In this document: piece by piece, positions 11,333 to 21,492 of the stretch
Layout: each line of letters starts with the position of its first letter
Numbering within the stretch: the stretch's first letter is position 1
From: an uncultured delta proteobacterium
Lineage (GTDB): Bacteria; Desulfobacterota; Desulfobaccia; Desulfobaccales; 0-14-0-80-60-11
Assembly (NCBI GenBank): GCA_963812015.1
Contig: CAWETI010000002.1
Span: 128,001 to 192,000 of the forward strand
DNA length: 64,000 bases
Reading direction: 5' to 3'
Translations under genes and position numbers: made by a program
Notes under the pieces: model-generated
The model's database searches: none
What the model saw: the letters and a program-made list of their open reading frames with translations, nothing else
Told to the model about the DNA's origin: nothing

Positions 11333-11440
11333 TTTTGGGGGGAGGGCCAGGGGCTTTTCATAAGTGGCCCCTGCCCTCCCCCGGTTGAGTCTTCGCACCA
11401 TCATTGCAGGCAGGCACGGAGGCCTGCCCCACCCAATAAG

Positions 11441-11466
11441 AAGGAGGGCCATTTCTGGCCCTCCTT
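11441..11466. terminator. Hairpin between convergent dinB and nfnB
   Basis: AAGGAGGGCCA-TTTC-TGGCCCTCCTT perfect 11-bp stem. Confidence 0.6.
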
Positions 11467-11549
11467 ATGTTTAAGCTTATGGGATTGGGGGTGGGGTTTG
11501 GGGAGGGGGTAAGGGCCGTCGGCCCTTAGCCCCCTCCCCAAAATCTATC

Positions 11550-12965
11550 TTACCACCCCATGGTCAAATAGTCATGGATGGAGTTGGAGGCCATGCGGCC
11601 GGCGCCCATGGCCAGGATGACGGTGGCGGCGCCGGTGACGATGTCGCCGCCGGCCCAGACCCTCGGTTTCATGGTCTTACCGGTTTTGGGGTCGGCGATG
11701 ATATAGCCCCACTTGTTCAGGGCCAGGCCTGGGGTGCTCTTGGTGAGCAGCGGGTTGGACCCGGAGCCGATGGAGATCACCGCGGTGTCGATTTCTACGG
11801 TGAACTCGGAGCCCGGGATGGGGACGGGACGCCGGCGCCCGGAGGCATCGGGTTCGCCCAGTTCCATCTTCAGGCACTCGACCGCGGTGAGGCGGCCGTC
11901 GCTGTCGCCCAGGAAACGCAGGGGGTTGGACAGGAGCAGGAATTCCACCCCTTCTTCCTCGGCGTGGTGAACCTCCGCCCCACGAGCCGGCAATTCGTCC
12001 CGGGAGCGCCGGTAGATGATATAGGAGTGATCGGCCCCCAGGCGCAGGGCGGTGCGGGCCCCGTCCATGGCGACGTTGCCGCCGCCGAAGGTGGCGACGT
12101 TTTTGCCCTTGACGATGGGGGTGTCGTAGTTGGGGAAGTCGTAGGCCTTCATGAGGTTGGAGCGGGTGAGGTATTCGTTGGCCGAGTACACCCCGATGTG
12201 GTGCTCCCCGGGGATTTTCAGGAACACGGGCAGGCCGGCGCCCACGCCCAGATAGACCACGTCGAAGTGCTCCAGGAGCTCATCCACGGTATCGGAGCGG
12301 CCGATGACGGAGTTGACTTCGACTTTGCAGCCCAGGCGCTCGAGGTAGCGGCACTCCGAGGCGACGATCTCCTTGGGCAGCCGGAACTCGGGGATGCCGT
12401 AGATCAAGACGCCGCCGGGGAGGTGCAGGGCCTCGAAGATGGTGACCTCATGGCCCTTCAAGATCAGGTCGCCGGCCACCGTCAGGCCCGAAGGCCCGGA
12501 GCCCACTACCGCCACCTTCTTGCCGGTGGGTTCGGCCTTGGGGGGCAGGATGTCCCGGCCGTGCTTGCGCTGGTAGTCGGCGGTAAAGGCCTCCAAATTG
12601 CCGATGGCCACCGGGGCGTCCTTTTTGCCCACGACGCACATGCCTTCGCACTGGACTTCCTGGGGGCAGACCCGACCGCACACCGCGGGCAGGGCGTTCT
12701 TTTCCCAGATCTTGCGGATGGCGCCTTCGAAGTCGCCTTCCTTGATCTTGGCGATAAACTGGGGAATATCGATTTCCACCGGGCACCCCTGCTTGCAGCG
12801 GGGGTCCTTGCACTGAATGCAGCGTTCCGCCTCTTGCATGGCCAGTTCGGGGGTGTACCCGAGGGGCACTTCCTCGAAATTATGCCGCCTGACGTTGGCG
12901 GGCTGCTCCGGCATTTTTTGCCTGGGGATCTTTTCTTTTTTGGGGGCTTTGACTTCTTCCGACAT
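11550..12965 (-). CDS. nfnB: NfnB/SudA (GltD-like) large subunit of NADH-dependent ferredoxin:NADP+ oxidoreductase
   Basis: EAERCIQCKDPRCKQGCPV, CGRVCPQEVQCE, GSGPSG, GGGNVAMD; directly downstream of nfnA. Confidence 0.85.
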   Translation of the reverse strand: MSEEVKAPKKEKIPRQKMPEQPANVRRHNFEEVPLGYTPELAMQEAERCIQCKDPRCKQGCPVEIDIPQFIAKIKEGDFEGAIRKIWEKNALPAVCGRVCPQEVQCEGMCVVGKKDAPVAIGNLEAFTADYQRKHGRDILPPKAEPTGKKVAVVGSGPSGLTVAGDLILKGHEVTIFEALHLPGGVLIYGIPEFRLPKEIVASECRYLERLGCKVEVNSVIGRSDTVDELLEHFDVVYLGVGAGLPVFLKIPGEHHIGVYSANEYLTRSNLMKAYDFPNYDTPIVKGKNVATFGGGNVAMDGARTALRLGADHSYIIYRRSRDELPARGAEVHHAEEEGVEFLLLSNPLRFLGDSDGRLTAVECLKMELGEPDASGRRRPVPIPGSEFTVEIDTAVISIGSGSNPLLTKSTPGLALNKWGYIIADPKTGKTMKPRVWAGGDIVTGAATVILAMGAGRMASNSIHDYLTMGW

Positions 12966-13007
12966 TATCCTTCTCCTCCTGGTTTTGAAGCCATCAAGGG
13001 TAATTTC

Positions 13008-13865
13008 TTATTTGCCACAGGAGCATTTTCCAGAGCCGTGGCCTTCCTTGTACTGATCGTAAGAAACCTTCTCCTCGGCACAATAGGACCGCAGCCGGAG
13101 GGTAAGCTCCTCGAAATCGGTGGCGTGGCCGTCAAACTCCGGGCCATCCACGCAGGCGAACTTCATCTCGCCGCCCACCCTCACGCGACAGCAGCCGCAC
13201 ATGCCGGTGCCGTCCACCATGATGGGGTTGAGGCTCACCAGGGTCTTGACCCCGAATTCCTTGGTGACCACGCAGCAGAACTTCATCATGGGCACCGGGC
13301 CGATGCACACCGCCAGCTTGATATCCTTATCCTTGGAGAGGGTTTCCTTGAGCTTGTCGGTGACGAAGCCGTGGTGGCCGTAGGTGCCGTCGTCGGTGCA
13401 GATCATCAGCTCATCGGACGCGGCCTTCATCCGGTCTTCCATAATGAGCAGGTCTTTGGAGCGGGCGCCGATCACCGAGTAGACATAGTTGCCCGCCTGC
13501 TTCAGCCCCCGGGTGATGGGGTGCAGGACCGCGATGCCGGTGCCGCCGCCGACGCAGATCACCTTGCCGACCTTTTCCAGGTGGGTGGGCTGCCCCAGGG
13601 GGCCGATGACGTCCTGGTAGGACTGTCCCACCTGCAGGGTCTTGAAGAGCGCGGTGCTCTTGCCCACCACCATATAAATGATGTTGATCAGCCCTTTGGC
13701 CGGATCGGTGTCCGCCATGGTCAGGGGGATGCGCTCCCCCTTGTCATTGGCGCGCAGAATGACGAACTGCCCCGGTTTGGCCTTGGCCGCAATCTTGGGG
13801 GCTTTTATCCAGTTGCTGACGATGGTGCCCTGGGCCATTTCGCTGCGTTCCACTATCTCAAACAT
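13008..13865 (-). CDS. nfnA: NfnA/SudB small subunit (FAD, 2Fe-2S; PyrK-like)
   Basis: KPGQFVILR..GERIPLT, GGGTG, NPIMVDGTGMCGCCRV..KFACVDGPEFD. Confidence 0.88.
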   Translation of the reverse strand: MFEIVERSEMAQGTIVSNWIKAPKIAAKAKPGQFVILRANDKGERIPLTMADTDPAKGLINIIYMVVGKSTALFKTLQVGQSYQDVIGPLGQPTHLEKVGKVICVGGGTGIAVLHPITRGLKQAGNYVYSVIGARSKDLLIMEDRMKAASDELMICTDDGTYGHHGFVTDKLKETLSKDKDIKLAVCIGPVPMMKFCCVVTKEFGVKTLVSLNPIMVDGTGMCGCCRVRVGGEMKFACVDGPEFDGHATDFEELTLRLRSYCAEEKVSYDQYKEGHGSGKCSCGK

Positions 13866-14051
13866 ACGAAACTCTCCTCACTTCATGAAAATTTATGGCC
13901 GCCGCCGAGGTGGGGTTGGGGCCGGGTAAGGCCGCCTTGCCGGACGCAAAACTCAGGGGAGCTGCCGTCATGCCCCGGCCGACTCCAGTCTGAGCCTGCC
14001 TTGTTCTCTGTTATATCGGATGATTATTACCACGATCGGGGGCAAAGACGC

Positions 14052-14069
14052 AAGTGATAAATATCACAA
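14052..14069. promoter_or_regulatory. Rex-like operator upstream of nfnAB
   Basis: AAGTGATAAATATCACAA (minus strand TTGTGATATTTATCACTT) resembles TTGTGA-W6-TCACAA. Confidence 0.55.
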
Positions 14070-14129
14070 ACAGGGAGAAAAATCACGGGAGCCTCGCAGG
14101 CCGTTAGAACCAGCCCCGGAGGAGTCAGG

Positions 14130-14173
14130 AAAAAAACCGGCTTCCCCGGGCCTTGGCCCCGGGAAGCCGGTTT
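14130..14173 (-). terminator. Rho-independent terminator of fhs
   Basis: CCGGCTTCCC..GGGAAGCCGG stem followed by T7 on the minus strand. Confidence 0.7.
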
Positions 14174-14217
14174 GGGATGCAGATAAGGTGGGCAGCGCCC
14201 ACCCTACATTAGGTCAC

Positions 14218-16002
14218 TTAGAACAGGCCGGTCACTTTGCCGGTCTTGACATCCACGTCGACGCGGCGGTAGGCCGGGTCGGAGGAGGTGCCGGGCATCA
14301 GCGAGATAGCGCCGCACACCGGGCAGATGAACTTGGCGCCGCCGTAAACGAGGAAGTCCCGCACCGGCAGCCGCCAGCCCTTGGGGGTGCCTTTCTTGGT
14401 GGGATCGGCAGTCAAGGATAGGTGGGTCTTAACCATCATGGTGGCGTATTCGTTGAACTTCGGATCCGCCTCGAACTTCTTGGCCTTGGCGTTGGCTTCA
14501 GGAGCGAAGTCCACGCCGTCGGCCCCGTACACTTCCTTGGCGATGAGCTCAACCCGCTTGCGCAGCGGCAGCTCGTTGGGATAGAGGAACTTGAAGTTGT
14601 TCTTCTCTTTGCAGGCGTCCATGACCGCGTCGGCAAATTCCAGGGCGCCTTCGCCGCCGAACTGCCAGTGCTTGGACACCGCTACCCGGGCGCCTTCGGC
14701 CTCGCAGGCCCGACGAATCACATCGTGCTCTTCCTTAGAATCGAAATGGAAGGCATTGATGCAGACCACCGGGTTGATGCCGGCCTTTTTGATGTTGCGG
14801 ACATGGTGCACCGCGTTCTGCACGCCCTCTTCCAGCCATTTCAAGGTCTCTTTCGAGGACGAGAAATATTCTTTGGGGACCGGTTTGCCCGGAGGACACG
14901 GCAGGGCGCCGGCCTTGACCCCGTGGTGCTTCAGGCCCCGGACGGTGGCGGTGAGCACCGCGACATTGGGTTTCAGGCCGCTGAACCGGCATTTGACGTT
15001 CCAGAACTTCTCAAAGCCGATGTCGGCGCCGAAGCCGGACTCGGTGATATGGTAGTCAAAGAGCTTCAGGCCGATCTGGTCGGCGACGATGGAGGACTGG
15101 CCCACCGCGATGTTGGCGAAGGGGCCGGCGTGCACGAAGATGGGCTGCTTCTCCACGCTCTGCATCAGGGTGGGGTTAATGGAGGGCACCATCCAGGCCA
15201 TCATGGCGTTGCCCACTTCCAGGTCGCCGGTGGTGATGGGGTCGCCCTTCATGTTGTAGGCCACCACGATTTCGTTCAACCGCTTCTTGAAGTCCGCCAG
15301 GCCGTTGAAGATGGACAGGATGGCCATGACTTCCGAGGATACCGCGATGCCGAACTTGGAATCCATCAAGAAGCCGTCCATCTTGCCGCCCCGGCCGATG
15401 GTGATATTGCGCAGGGCCTGGGCGCAGAAGTCCAGGATCCAGCCCATCTCGATGTTTTTAGGGTTGATGCCCAGGCGGACCAGTTTCCGTTTGGCCAACT
15501 GGGCGTCGTCATAGTTGAATTCGTGCTGTATCCGGGAGGTCAGCGCCACCATGGCCAGGTTGTGGGCGTTCATGATGTTGTTGATGTCGCCGGTGAGGCC
15601 CAGGGAGAACTCGGTCATGGGGATCAGCAACGAGATGCCGCCGCCGGCCGCGGTGCCCTTGATGTTCATGGTGGGGCCGCCGGAAGGCTGGCGGAGGGCG
15701 CCGCCCACGTTCACGCCCCGCTTGCCCAGGCCCTCGATCAGGCCCAAGGAAGTGGTGGATTTGCCTTCACCGAGGGGGGTGGGGGTGATGGCGGTGACGT
15801 CGATGTAATAGCCGTCGGGTTTGCTTTTCAGGCGCTCCAGGCACTTCATGTAGTCGACGCGGCCGATTTTCTGGCCATGGGGGATGCGCTCGTCTTTGGG
15901 GATTTCCAGCTTATCGCACATTGCGTCAAAGGGAATCATCTCCGCTTCGGCTATTTCAGCAATCTGCCAGTCTGCCTGTTTAACCGGATCATACTTCGCC
16001 AT
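14218..16002 (-). CDS. fhs: Formate--tetrahydrofolate ligase
   Basis: [47 protein letters not shown]. Confidence 0.96.
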   Translation of the reverse strand: MAKYDPVKQADWQIAEIAEAEMIPFDAMCDKLEIPKDERIPHGQKIGRVDYMKCLERLKSKPDGYYIDVTAITPTPLGEGKSTTSLGLIEGLGKRGVNVGGALRQPSGGPTMNIKGTAAGGGISLLIPMTEFSLGLTGDINNIMNAHNLAMVALTSRIQHEFNYDDAQLAKRKLVRLGINPKNIEMGWILDFCAQALRNITIGRGGKMDGFLMDSKFGIAVSSEVMAILSIFNGLADFKKRLNEIVVAYNMKGDPITTGDLEVGNAMMAWMVPSINPTLMQSVEKQPIFVHAGPFANIAVGQSSIVADQIGLKLFDYHITESGFGADIGFEKFWNVKCRFSGLKPNVAVLTATVRGLKHHGVKAGALPCPPGKPVPKEYFSSSKETLKWLEEGVQNAVHHVRNIKKAGINPVVCINAFHFDSKEEHDVIRRACEAEGARVAVSKHWQFGGEGALEFADAVMDACKEKNNFKFLYPNELPLRKRVELIAKEVYGADGVDFAPEANAKAKKFEADPKFNEYATMMVKTHLSLTADPTKKGTPKGWRLPVRDFLVYGGAKFICPVCGAISLMPGTSSDPAYRRVDVDVKTGKVTGLF

Positions 16003-16148
16003 AAAAACTGCCTCCTTAAGGTATGGTAATTATTGACTGGGTAATGGACATCGCCCGGTGGCCCGGGTGATGATAAAGCAGTCTCCAGCCTTAAGGTCCC
16101 TGGAACGGGGGCCAGCCAGAGCTCATACTTTTTTTCACATAGTCCCGC

Positions 16149-16261
16149 ATTTAATCGAACTCAAGTGCGTTTGTCAATAATTTTTTGATCTCCCATACCA
16201 GATAGCTGAAAATTCTTCTGGATTTTTATATTTGACAATGCCCCTGGTTTCGCCATAAAAT
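16149..16261. promoter_or_regulatory. Divergent sigma70-like promoters between fhs and metV
   Basis: Minus-strand TTGACA at 16172-16177; plus-strand TTGACA(16232)-18-TAAAAT(16256). Confidence 0.45.
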
Positions 16262-16449
16262 TAAGTGAACACTTGTACAAGTTTGCCTTGTAGGTATTTT
16301 CCGTATTGATTTGAGTAAGTTGCCCGCATAATTCGGCAACTGTCCGGCCTTAGTGGGAAAAGTGAATTCAGGGGGGTTCGGATTAGCGACAAGTTGGGAC
16401 CTTAAGGCACTTTTTTTTTGCTCTGGATGCACGGGCGGGGAGGAACGCA

Positions 16450-17121
16450 ATGGTCATCGGGGAATCAAAACCCCTTGCGGAAATCCTGGATATGGTCAAG
16501 GATTTCCAAAAGATCGTCGTGGCCGGCTGTAAAGGCTGCGTGACCATATGTTGCGCGGGTGGGGAAAAAGAGGTGGCCATCCTGTCTTCCGAACTCCGCA
16601 TCGCCCGGCGAGCCTCCGGCAGCGACCTGGAAGTGAAGGAATACACCTGTGAACGGCAGTGTGATCCCGAATATATCGAAGGGCTGGACGACTTGGTGGA
16701 AGACGTTGACGCCGTGGTCTCCATCGCTTGTAGTGTCGGACCCCAGTATATCGTCGCCCGCTACCCCTATCTCAAGGTGTTTCCGGGCCTCAACACCACC
16801 AGCATCGGCGGGGCCGTGGAACCCGGCGTCTGGAGGGAGTTCTGCCAGGCCTGCGGCGACTGCCTGATTCATCATTTCGGGGGGCTGTGCCCCATAACCC
16901 GCTGCGCCAAGCAGCTCTTGAACGGGCCCTGCGGCGGTTCTTCCCAAGGGCTCTGCGAAGTGGGCAAGGGGACCATCCCCTGCGTCTGGCAGCAGATTTA
17001 CGATCGCTTGAAAAATCTCGGGGAGCTGCACAAGCTCACCCAGGTGCATCTCTATAAAAATTGGTCTACCAGCCGTGACGGCGGGTTACGCACCACGATA
17101 CGGGAGGAATTGAAGCAATGA
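16450..17121 (+). CDS. metV: MetV, Fe-S/Zn small subunit of methylene-THF reductase
   Basis: GCKGCVTIC, ERQCDPEY, CQACGDC..GGLCPITRCAKQLLNGPCGGS..CEV; overlaps metF start (ATGA). Confidence 0.88.
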   Translation: MVIGESKPLAEILDMVKDFQKIVVAGCKGCVTICCAGGEKEVAILSSELRIARRASGSDLEVKEYTCERQCDPEYIEGLDDLVEDVDAVVSIACSVGPQYIVARYPYLKVFPGLNTTSIGGAVEPGVWREFCQACGDCLIHHFGGLCPITRCAKQLLNGPCGGSSQGLCEVGKGTIPCVWQQIYDRLKNLGELHKLTQVHLYKNWSTSRDGGLRTTIREELKQ

Positions 17122-18062
17122 CCGCCGAGTATTCCGCTGGAAGCAAACTCGAAAAGGTCCTGAGAAGCGGCCAGAAGGCCGTAACCTGCGAATGTGGCCC
17201 GCCCCGGGGCGCGGATGCCGAACCTTTCCGGCGTAAGGCCGCGTTTCTGAAAAACTGCGGGGACGCAGTGAATGTCACCGACAATCAGACCGCGGTGGTA
17301 CGGTTTTGTTCCCTGGCGGCCTGTCGCATTCTCCTGGACATGGGCATCGAGCCGGTGATGCAGATGGTCACCCGGGACATGAACCGCATCGCGCTCCAGA
17401 GCAACGTTCTGGGGGCCGCGGCCCTGGGGATCAAGAACCTGCTGTGCCTCACCGGCGACCATCAGTCCTTCGGCGACCACCCCCAGGCCAAGAATGTTCA
17501 CGACTTGGATTCCGTCATGTTGGCCCACGCCGTGAAGACCATGCGGGATGAAGGTAAGATGATCAGCGGTAGCGAGGTGACGGGCCGGCCCAAGATCTTC
17601 ATCGGGGCCGCGGCCAACCCCTTCGCCGATCCCCAGGAATTCCGGGTGGTGCGCATGGGCAAGAAGATCGCCGCCGGGGTCCAGTTCATCCAGACCCAGT
17701 GCATTTATAACCTGGAGAAGTTCCGCCAGTTCATGGAGATGGCCAACGACATGGGCCTCACGGAGAAGGCCTACATCATGGCCGGGATTACGCCGTTGAA
17801 ATCCGTCGGGATGGCGAACTATATGAAAAATTTCGTCCCCGGCCTGGACGTGCCCGACTCCTACATCACCCGCTTAAAGGGCCTGCCCAAGGAGAAGGTG
17901 GCCGCGGAGGGCATCAAGATCGCGGTGGAGCAGATCCAGGAGTGCCTGGCGATAAAAGGCGTCGCCGGCATCCACCTCATGGCCATCGAATGGGAAGAAA
18001 AGGCCCCGGAGATCCTCGAAGCCGCCGGCCTCCTGCCCCGCCCCAAGGTGGAAGCGGACTGA
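17118..18062 (+). CDS. metF: Methylenetetrahydrofolate reductase
   Basis: NVTDNQTA, RDMNRIALQS, LCLTGDH, KKIAAGVQFIQTQ. Confidence 0.93.
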   Translation: MTAEYSAGSKLEKVLRSGQKAVTCECGPPRGADAEPFRRKAAFLKNCGDAVNVTDNQTAVVRFCSLAACRILLDMGIEPVMQMVTRDMNRIALQSNVLGAAALGIKNLLCLTGDHQSFGDHPQAKNVHDLDSVMLAHAVKTMRDEGKMISGSEVTGRPKIFIGAAANPFADPQEFRVVRMGKKIAAGVQFIQTQCIYNLEKFRQFMEMANDMGLTEKAYIMAGITPLKSVGMANYMKNFVPGLDVPDSYITRLKGLPKEKVAAEGIKIAVEQIQECLAIKGVAGIHLMAIEWEEKAPEILEAAGLLPRPKVEAD

Positions 18063-18082
18063 GATAGCCCACTGTCTTAAGG

Positions 18083-18114
18083 AAAAGCCCGGTCCTTGAC
18101 CGGGCTTTTTTATT
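18083..18114 (+). terminator. Rho-independent terminator after metF
   Basis: AAAAGCCCGGTC-CTT-GACCGGGCTTTTTT. Confidence 0.8.
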
Positions 18115-18344
18115 GATGACCCCGGCTTCCGGAGGCGGCGGATTGGTCAGTCACCGCCTACCCTCCCCCTGGTCTTGGTCGGCCCACCGGGGAAAAAAGC
18201 CCTCCCATAATCGATAAAAACCACCTTACCGCACCTGAACGTGGCATAATGGCATCACCTGGGAAAACCTGGTGGGCCTAAGATTAAACCCCAGGGCCAC
18301 GTTATCTTTATGCGTCTAAGGCCCCTTTCCTGGAGGAAAACATC

Positions 18345-18959
18345 ATGAAAGTCTCCCTCGGTTTAAGGACTTCGGCGGTTCTGTTAGTCCTGACGCTAAC
18401 GGCCGCGCTATTCTTGCTGCCTGGCTGCCTCGATAATCTCTGCAAGCTCAGGCTCTATCTCTACCGCGATATCGAGCAAAAGAGTCTCCCCCCCACGGAC
18501 ATGGCCTTGCTGATTATTGATCCTGCCATAGTCGCCGCGGTCCTGCCCGAAGCTGCCGCAAAACTACCCTCCGGGCTGCCATGGGCCCCCGAACAACCGA
18601 ACTATGAGAAGGACTATTATCAGCTCTCCATCGACCAACTGGACAACCGGGCGGTTTATCAGGGCCGATGCCTGAATGTCACTCCCACTTACATTTGCGA
18701 GGTCCGGCCGGGAACCCGGCGGGTCATGGCCAGCTTGGGGCTTTTCGGACCCTCGGGCCAGCAGTCCCGCAAGGATAATGCCTCCTTAACCTTAGAACCA
18801 GGCGGGGTCTATTTCTTATATCCTGATTGGTCCGCGGCCGCGCAAAAAACGCTGCGCCTTAAAGCCGAGCGCTTACCGGTCCGTTATGATGCCGAATTAC
18901 GCTCTAAACTGATGGATTGGCTGCACCGCAATACTCAAGGACGTTCCCTGGAAGACTGA
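18345..18959 (+). CDS. Hypothetical lipoprotein
   Basis: GGAGG RBS; signal peptide ending in lipobox LPGC. Confidence 0.7.
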   Translation: MKVSLGLRTSAVLLVLTLTAALFLLPGCLDNLCKLRLYLYRDIEQKSLPPTDMALLIIDPAIVAAVLPEAAAKLPSGLPWAPEQPNYEKDYYQLSIDQLDNRAVYQGRCLNVTPTYICEVRPGTRRVMASLGLFGPSGQQSRKDNASLTLEPGGVYFLYPDWSAAAQKTLRLKAERLPVRYDAELRSKLMDWLHRNTQGRSLED

Positions 18960-19040
18960 CCAGGCTGGCAGACTCTGAGAGCAGAAAGGGGATGAGAACG
19001 GCCCAGGTGAGGATCTTTCACCGGCGAACGGGGTTTCTTT

Positions 19041-19272
19041 ATGGCCCCTAAGAAGGCCGCCACCATCGCCGGCTATGCCGTGGCCTGCGGCATCTGCACG
19101 GTGCTGGGAGTGACACCTGGGCAGCGCCACGGTCACCGACCTCCTGCTCATCGGCCTGGAGGCGCACCTGGGGGCCACCTTCGCAGTGGAGCCGGACCCG
19201 GCCAAAGCGGCGGACCTCATCATCAACCATGTGGAGGGCAAGCGCCGGTCCCTGGGCCTGGAGGCCCGCTGA
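19041..19272 (+). pseudogene. cooS: C-terminal relic of Ni-CO dehydrogenase catalytic subunit (CooS), frameshifted
   Basis: KAATIAGYAVACGICTVLGV + (other frame) LGSATVTDLLLIGLEAHLGATFAVEPDPAKAADLIINHVEGKRRSLGL* matches the CooS C-terminal pattern. Confidence 0.8.
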
Positions 19273-19373
19273 GTAAGAAGGTAAGCTCTAGAGTTGCGCC
19301 CCCGCAATCCGGTGGCCAGGCGCGATGGGAACGCCACGGGGAATACGTTACTCGATAGCTGGGGGAAATACTT

Positions 19374-19610
19374 ATGGCAAACGAAATCGACAAGCTGGGA
19401 CCAAAAGACTTCATCACGGGTTGCGTGGTAATTATTGTGGCCATAGTTGTGGTTCCCCTGCTGGTACTGATGTTTAAAATAAGTATCTACCTCGCCATAG
19501 CAGCAGGAGTAATTATTGCCATTATTTTAGGAATCGCACTGTTGGGCAAGGCAATAAGACTCATTTTTTTCGGAACCAAGTCAGAAGATCAGCGTAACAA
19601 CGACGCATAA
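19374..19610 (+). CDS. Small two-TM membrane protein
   Basis: GGGGGA RBS, two hydrophobic helices, lower GC. Confidence 0.65.
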   Translation: MANEIDKLGPKDFITGCVVIIVAIVVVPLLVLMFKISIYLAIAAGVIIAIILGIALLGKAIRLIFFGTKSEDQRNNDA

Positions 19611-19809
19611 ATTCAAAACTGTTTGTGGGTGGCAGCCAGGGTGGACCCTTGGCGCCGGTCACGTGAGCGCTGCCAGGCTGTCAAAATTCGACCCCGGCTC
19701 GGCATGATCCCGGAACGTGCAGCCCTGGCGAGGCGACTGGACCGGCCGAGCCTCACCGCAAGCTGGCCGGGACTTCGGCAATGCCGGCGAGACAGAAGAG
19801 GAACCCCCA

Positions 19810-19941
19810 TAAGCTCTGTCAAAACCGGGTTTTTCCGTCAGCCGGAACGGCGTGAAGGATAGCAACTTATTAAAAATACTAGAATATTCGCTTCATTCAG
19901 CATGACACTTCCTCTGCAAAACCAGGTTTTGCAAGAGCTTA
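19810..19941. repeat. MITE-like element with terminal inverted repeats
   Basis: TAAGCTCTGTCAAAACC ... GGTTTTGCAAGAGCTTA (15/17 inverted match) around an AT-rich core with internal palindromic arms. Confidence 0.55.
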
Positions 19942-20209
19942 TAGAGTCTTGCCAGCTGCACAACCGATGTTCTTAGTCATCCTGGCTAGAGTGCAGGTCC
20001 TCAATTTATTGGCCACGCGGGATGGGTCGCGCCCCTCAGCCCGACAGCCGGCGATACCGCAAGATTTTGAATAATCAGCAGAATCGAGGCAGATGGAGGC
20101 CTGGGTCGATGCTCCCGGCCGGCCGCGCCCCCGGAAAAGTCATTGACAAAAAGCAGTCAAAAAAGATAGTAATAACAAATTGGTCCCATTATATCTCAGG
20201 AGGAAAGGA

Positions 20210-20533
20210 ATGGCTGAACCTCTTCAGGTAAGTGACGCTGACTTCGAACAGGAAATCCTGAAGTCCGATATTCCGGCCTTGGTGGATTTTTGGGCGGCGT
20301 GGTGCGGCCCCTGCCGGGCCATCGCCCCGGTGGTGGAGGAACTGGCCCGGGATTATACGGGCAAGGTCAAAGTGGCCAAGATGAACGTGGATGAAAACGC
20401 CAAAACCCCGGCAAAGTATGGCATCCGGGCCATCCCGACCCTGATCATCTTCAAAGGGGGCCAGGTGGTGGAGCAGATCACCGGCGCCGTATCCCGTTCC
20501 ATCATTGAGAACGCCCTGAAGAAAGCCCTCTAG
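20210..20533 (+). CDS. trxA: Thioredoxin
   Basis: LVDFWAAWCGPC; AGGAGG upstream; TTGACA at 20143. Confidence 0.96.
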   Translation: MAEPLQVSDADFEQEILKSDIPALVDFWAAWCGPCRAIAPVVEELARDYTGKVKVAKMNVDENAKTPAKYGIRAIPTLIIFKGGQVVEQITGAVSRSIIENALKKAL

Positions 20534-20547
20534 TCCACCGGTCCAGC

Positions 20548-21489
20548 ATGCCATCGTGGGATTATGACCTGATCATCATTGGCGGTGGCCCTGCCGGCCT
20601 CACCGCCGGTATCTATGCCGGCCGGGCGCGTCTGAAAACCCTGCTCCTGGAAAAACTCATCCACGGCGGGCAGATGATGACCACCGATCTGGTGGAGAAC
20701 TACCCGGGCTTCCCCGAGGGGATTACCGGGTTCGAGCTCAGCGACCGGATGCGGCAACAGGCCGAACGCTTCGGCATGGAGATCCGCAGCCAGGAGGTCT
20801 TGGAGCTGAAACCCGGGAAACCGACCCAAACGGTGGTCCTGGAGGATAGCCGGCTCACCGCGGGCGCCGTCATCATCGCCACGGGGGCCCGTTATCGGCG
20901 CCTGGGAGTTCCGGGAGAAGACAAACTGGTCGGCAGGGGGGTAAGTTTCTGCGCCACCTGCGACGGCGCCTTTTTTAAAGATGAGGAAATCGCCATGGTG
21001 GGCGGCGGTGACAACGCCCTCACCGAGACCATTTTCCTGGAGCGCTTTGCCAAGAAAATTCACATAATCCACCGGCGGAATCAATTCCGGGCTGCCAAAT
21101 ACCTCCAGGAAAGGGTCTTCCAACTGGAAAAGCTGGGCAAGGTGGAGATTCATTGGGACAGCGAAGTGGTGGAGTTCCAGGGCCGGGACAACCTGGAAGC
21201 TGCCGAGATTAAGAATGTGAAAACCCTCAAAGACGCCAAGCTCCCGCTGACCGGGGCCTTCATCGCCATCGGCATGCTGCCCAACAGCGGCTGGCTCAAT
21301 GATCTTCTGCCCCTAGACGAATGGGGGTTCATTTTTACCGACGCCATCATGGCCACTGAGTTCCCGGGCATCTTTGCCGCGGGGGACGTGCGCTCCAAAC
21401 TCTGGCGGCAGATCAGCACTGCTGTGGGAGATGGGTCGGTGGCGGCCATCGCCGCCGAAAACTATCTGGAAGAGCTGAAGCGAGGGTAA
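20548..21489 (+). CDS. trxB: Thioredoxin reductase
   Basis: GGGPAGLTAG, GVSFCATCDG, GGGDNA, HRRNQFRA, FAAGDVR. Confidence 0.95.
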   Translation: MPSWDYDLIIIGGGPAGLTAGIYAGRARLKTLLLEKLIHGGQMMTTDLVENYPGFPEGITGFELSDRMRQQAERFGMEIRSQEVLELKPGKPTQTVVLEDSRLTAGAVIIATGARYRRLGVPGEDKLVGRGVSFCATCDGAFFKDEEIAMVGGGDNALTETIFLERFAKKIHIIHRRNQFRAAKYLQERVFQLEKLGKVEIHWDSEVVEFQGRDNLEAAEIKNVKTLKDAKLPLTGAFIAIGMLPNSGWLNDLLPLDEWGFIFTDAIMATEFPGIFAAGDVRSKLWRQISTAVGDGSVAAIAAENYLEELKRG

Positions 21490-21492
21490 CCT

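Noticed and set aside
11574..14057. 827-aa plus-strand ORF (and similar long ORFs at 14422-16029, 37889-39337, 44123-45685, 32963-34213)
   Set aside because: Antisense shadows of well-recognised genes in high-GC DNA; no family motifs
16003..16140. ZTP or THF riboswitch upstream of fhs
   Set aside because: Only a loose TGGCCC/GGGCCA complementarity; the conserved GACUG..GUGG..CCAC and CGYCUGGGC elements are absent
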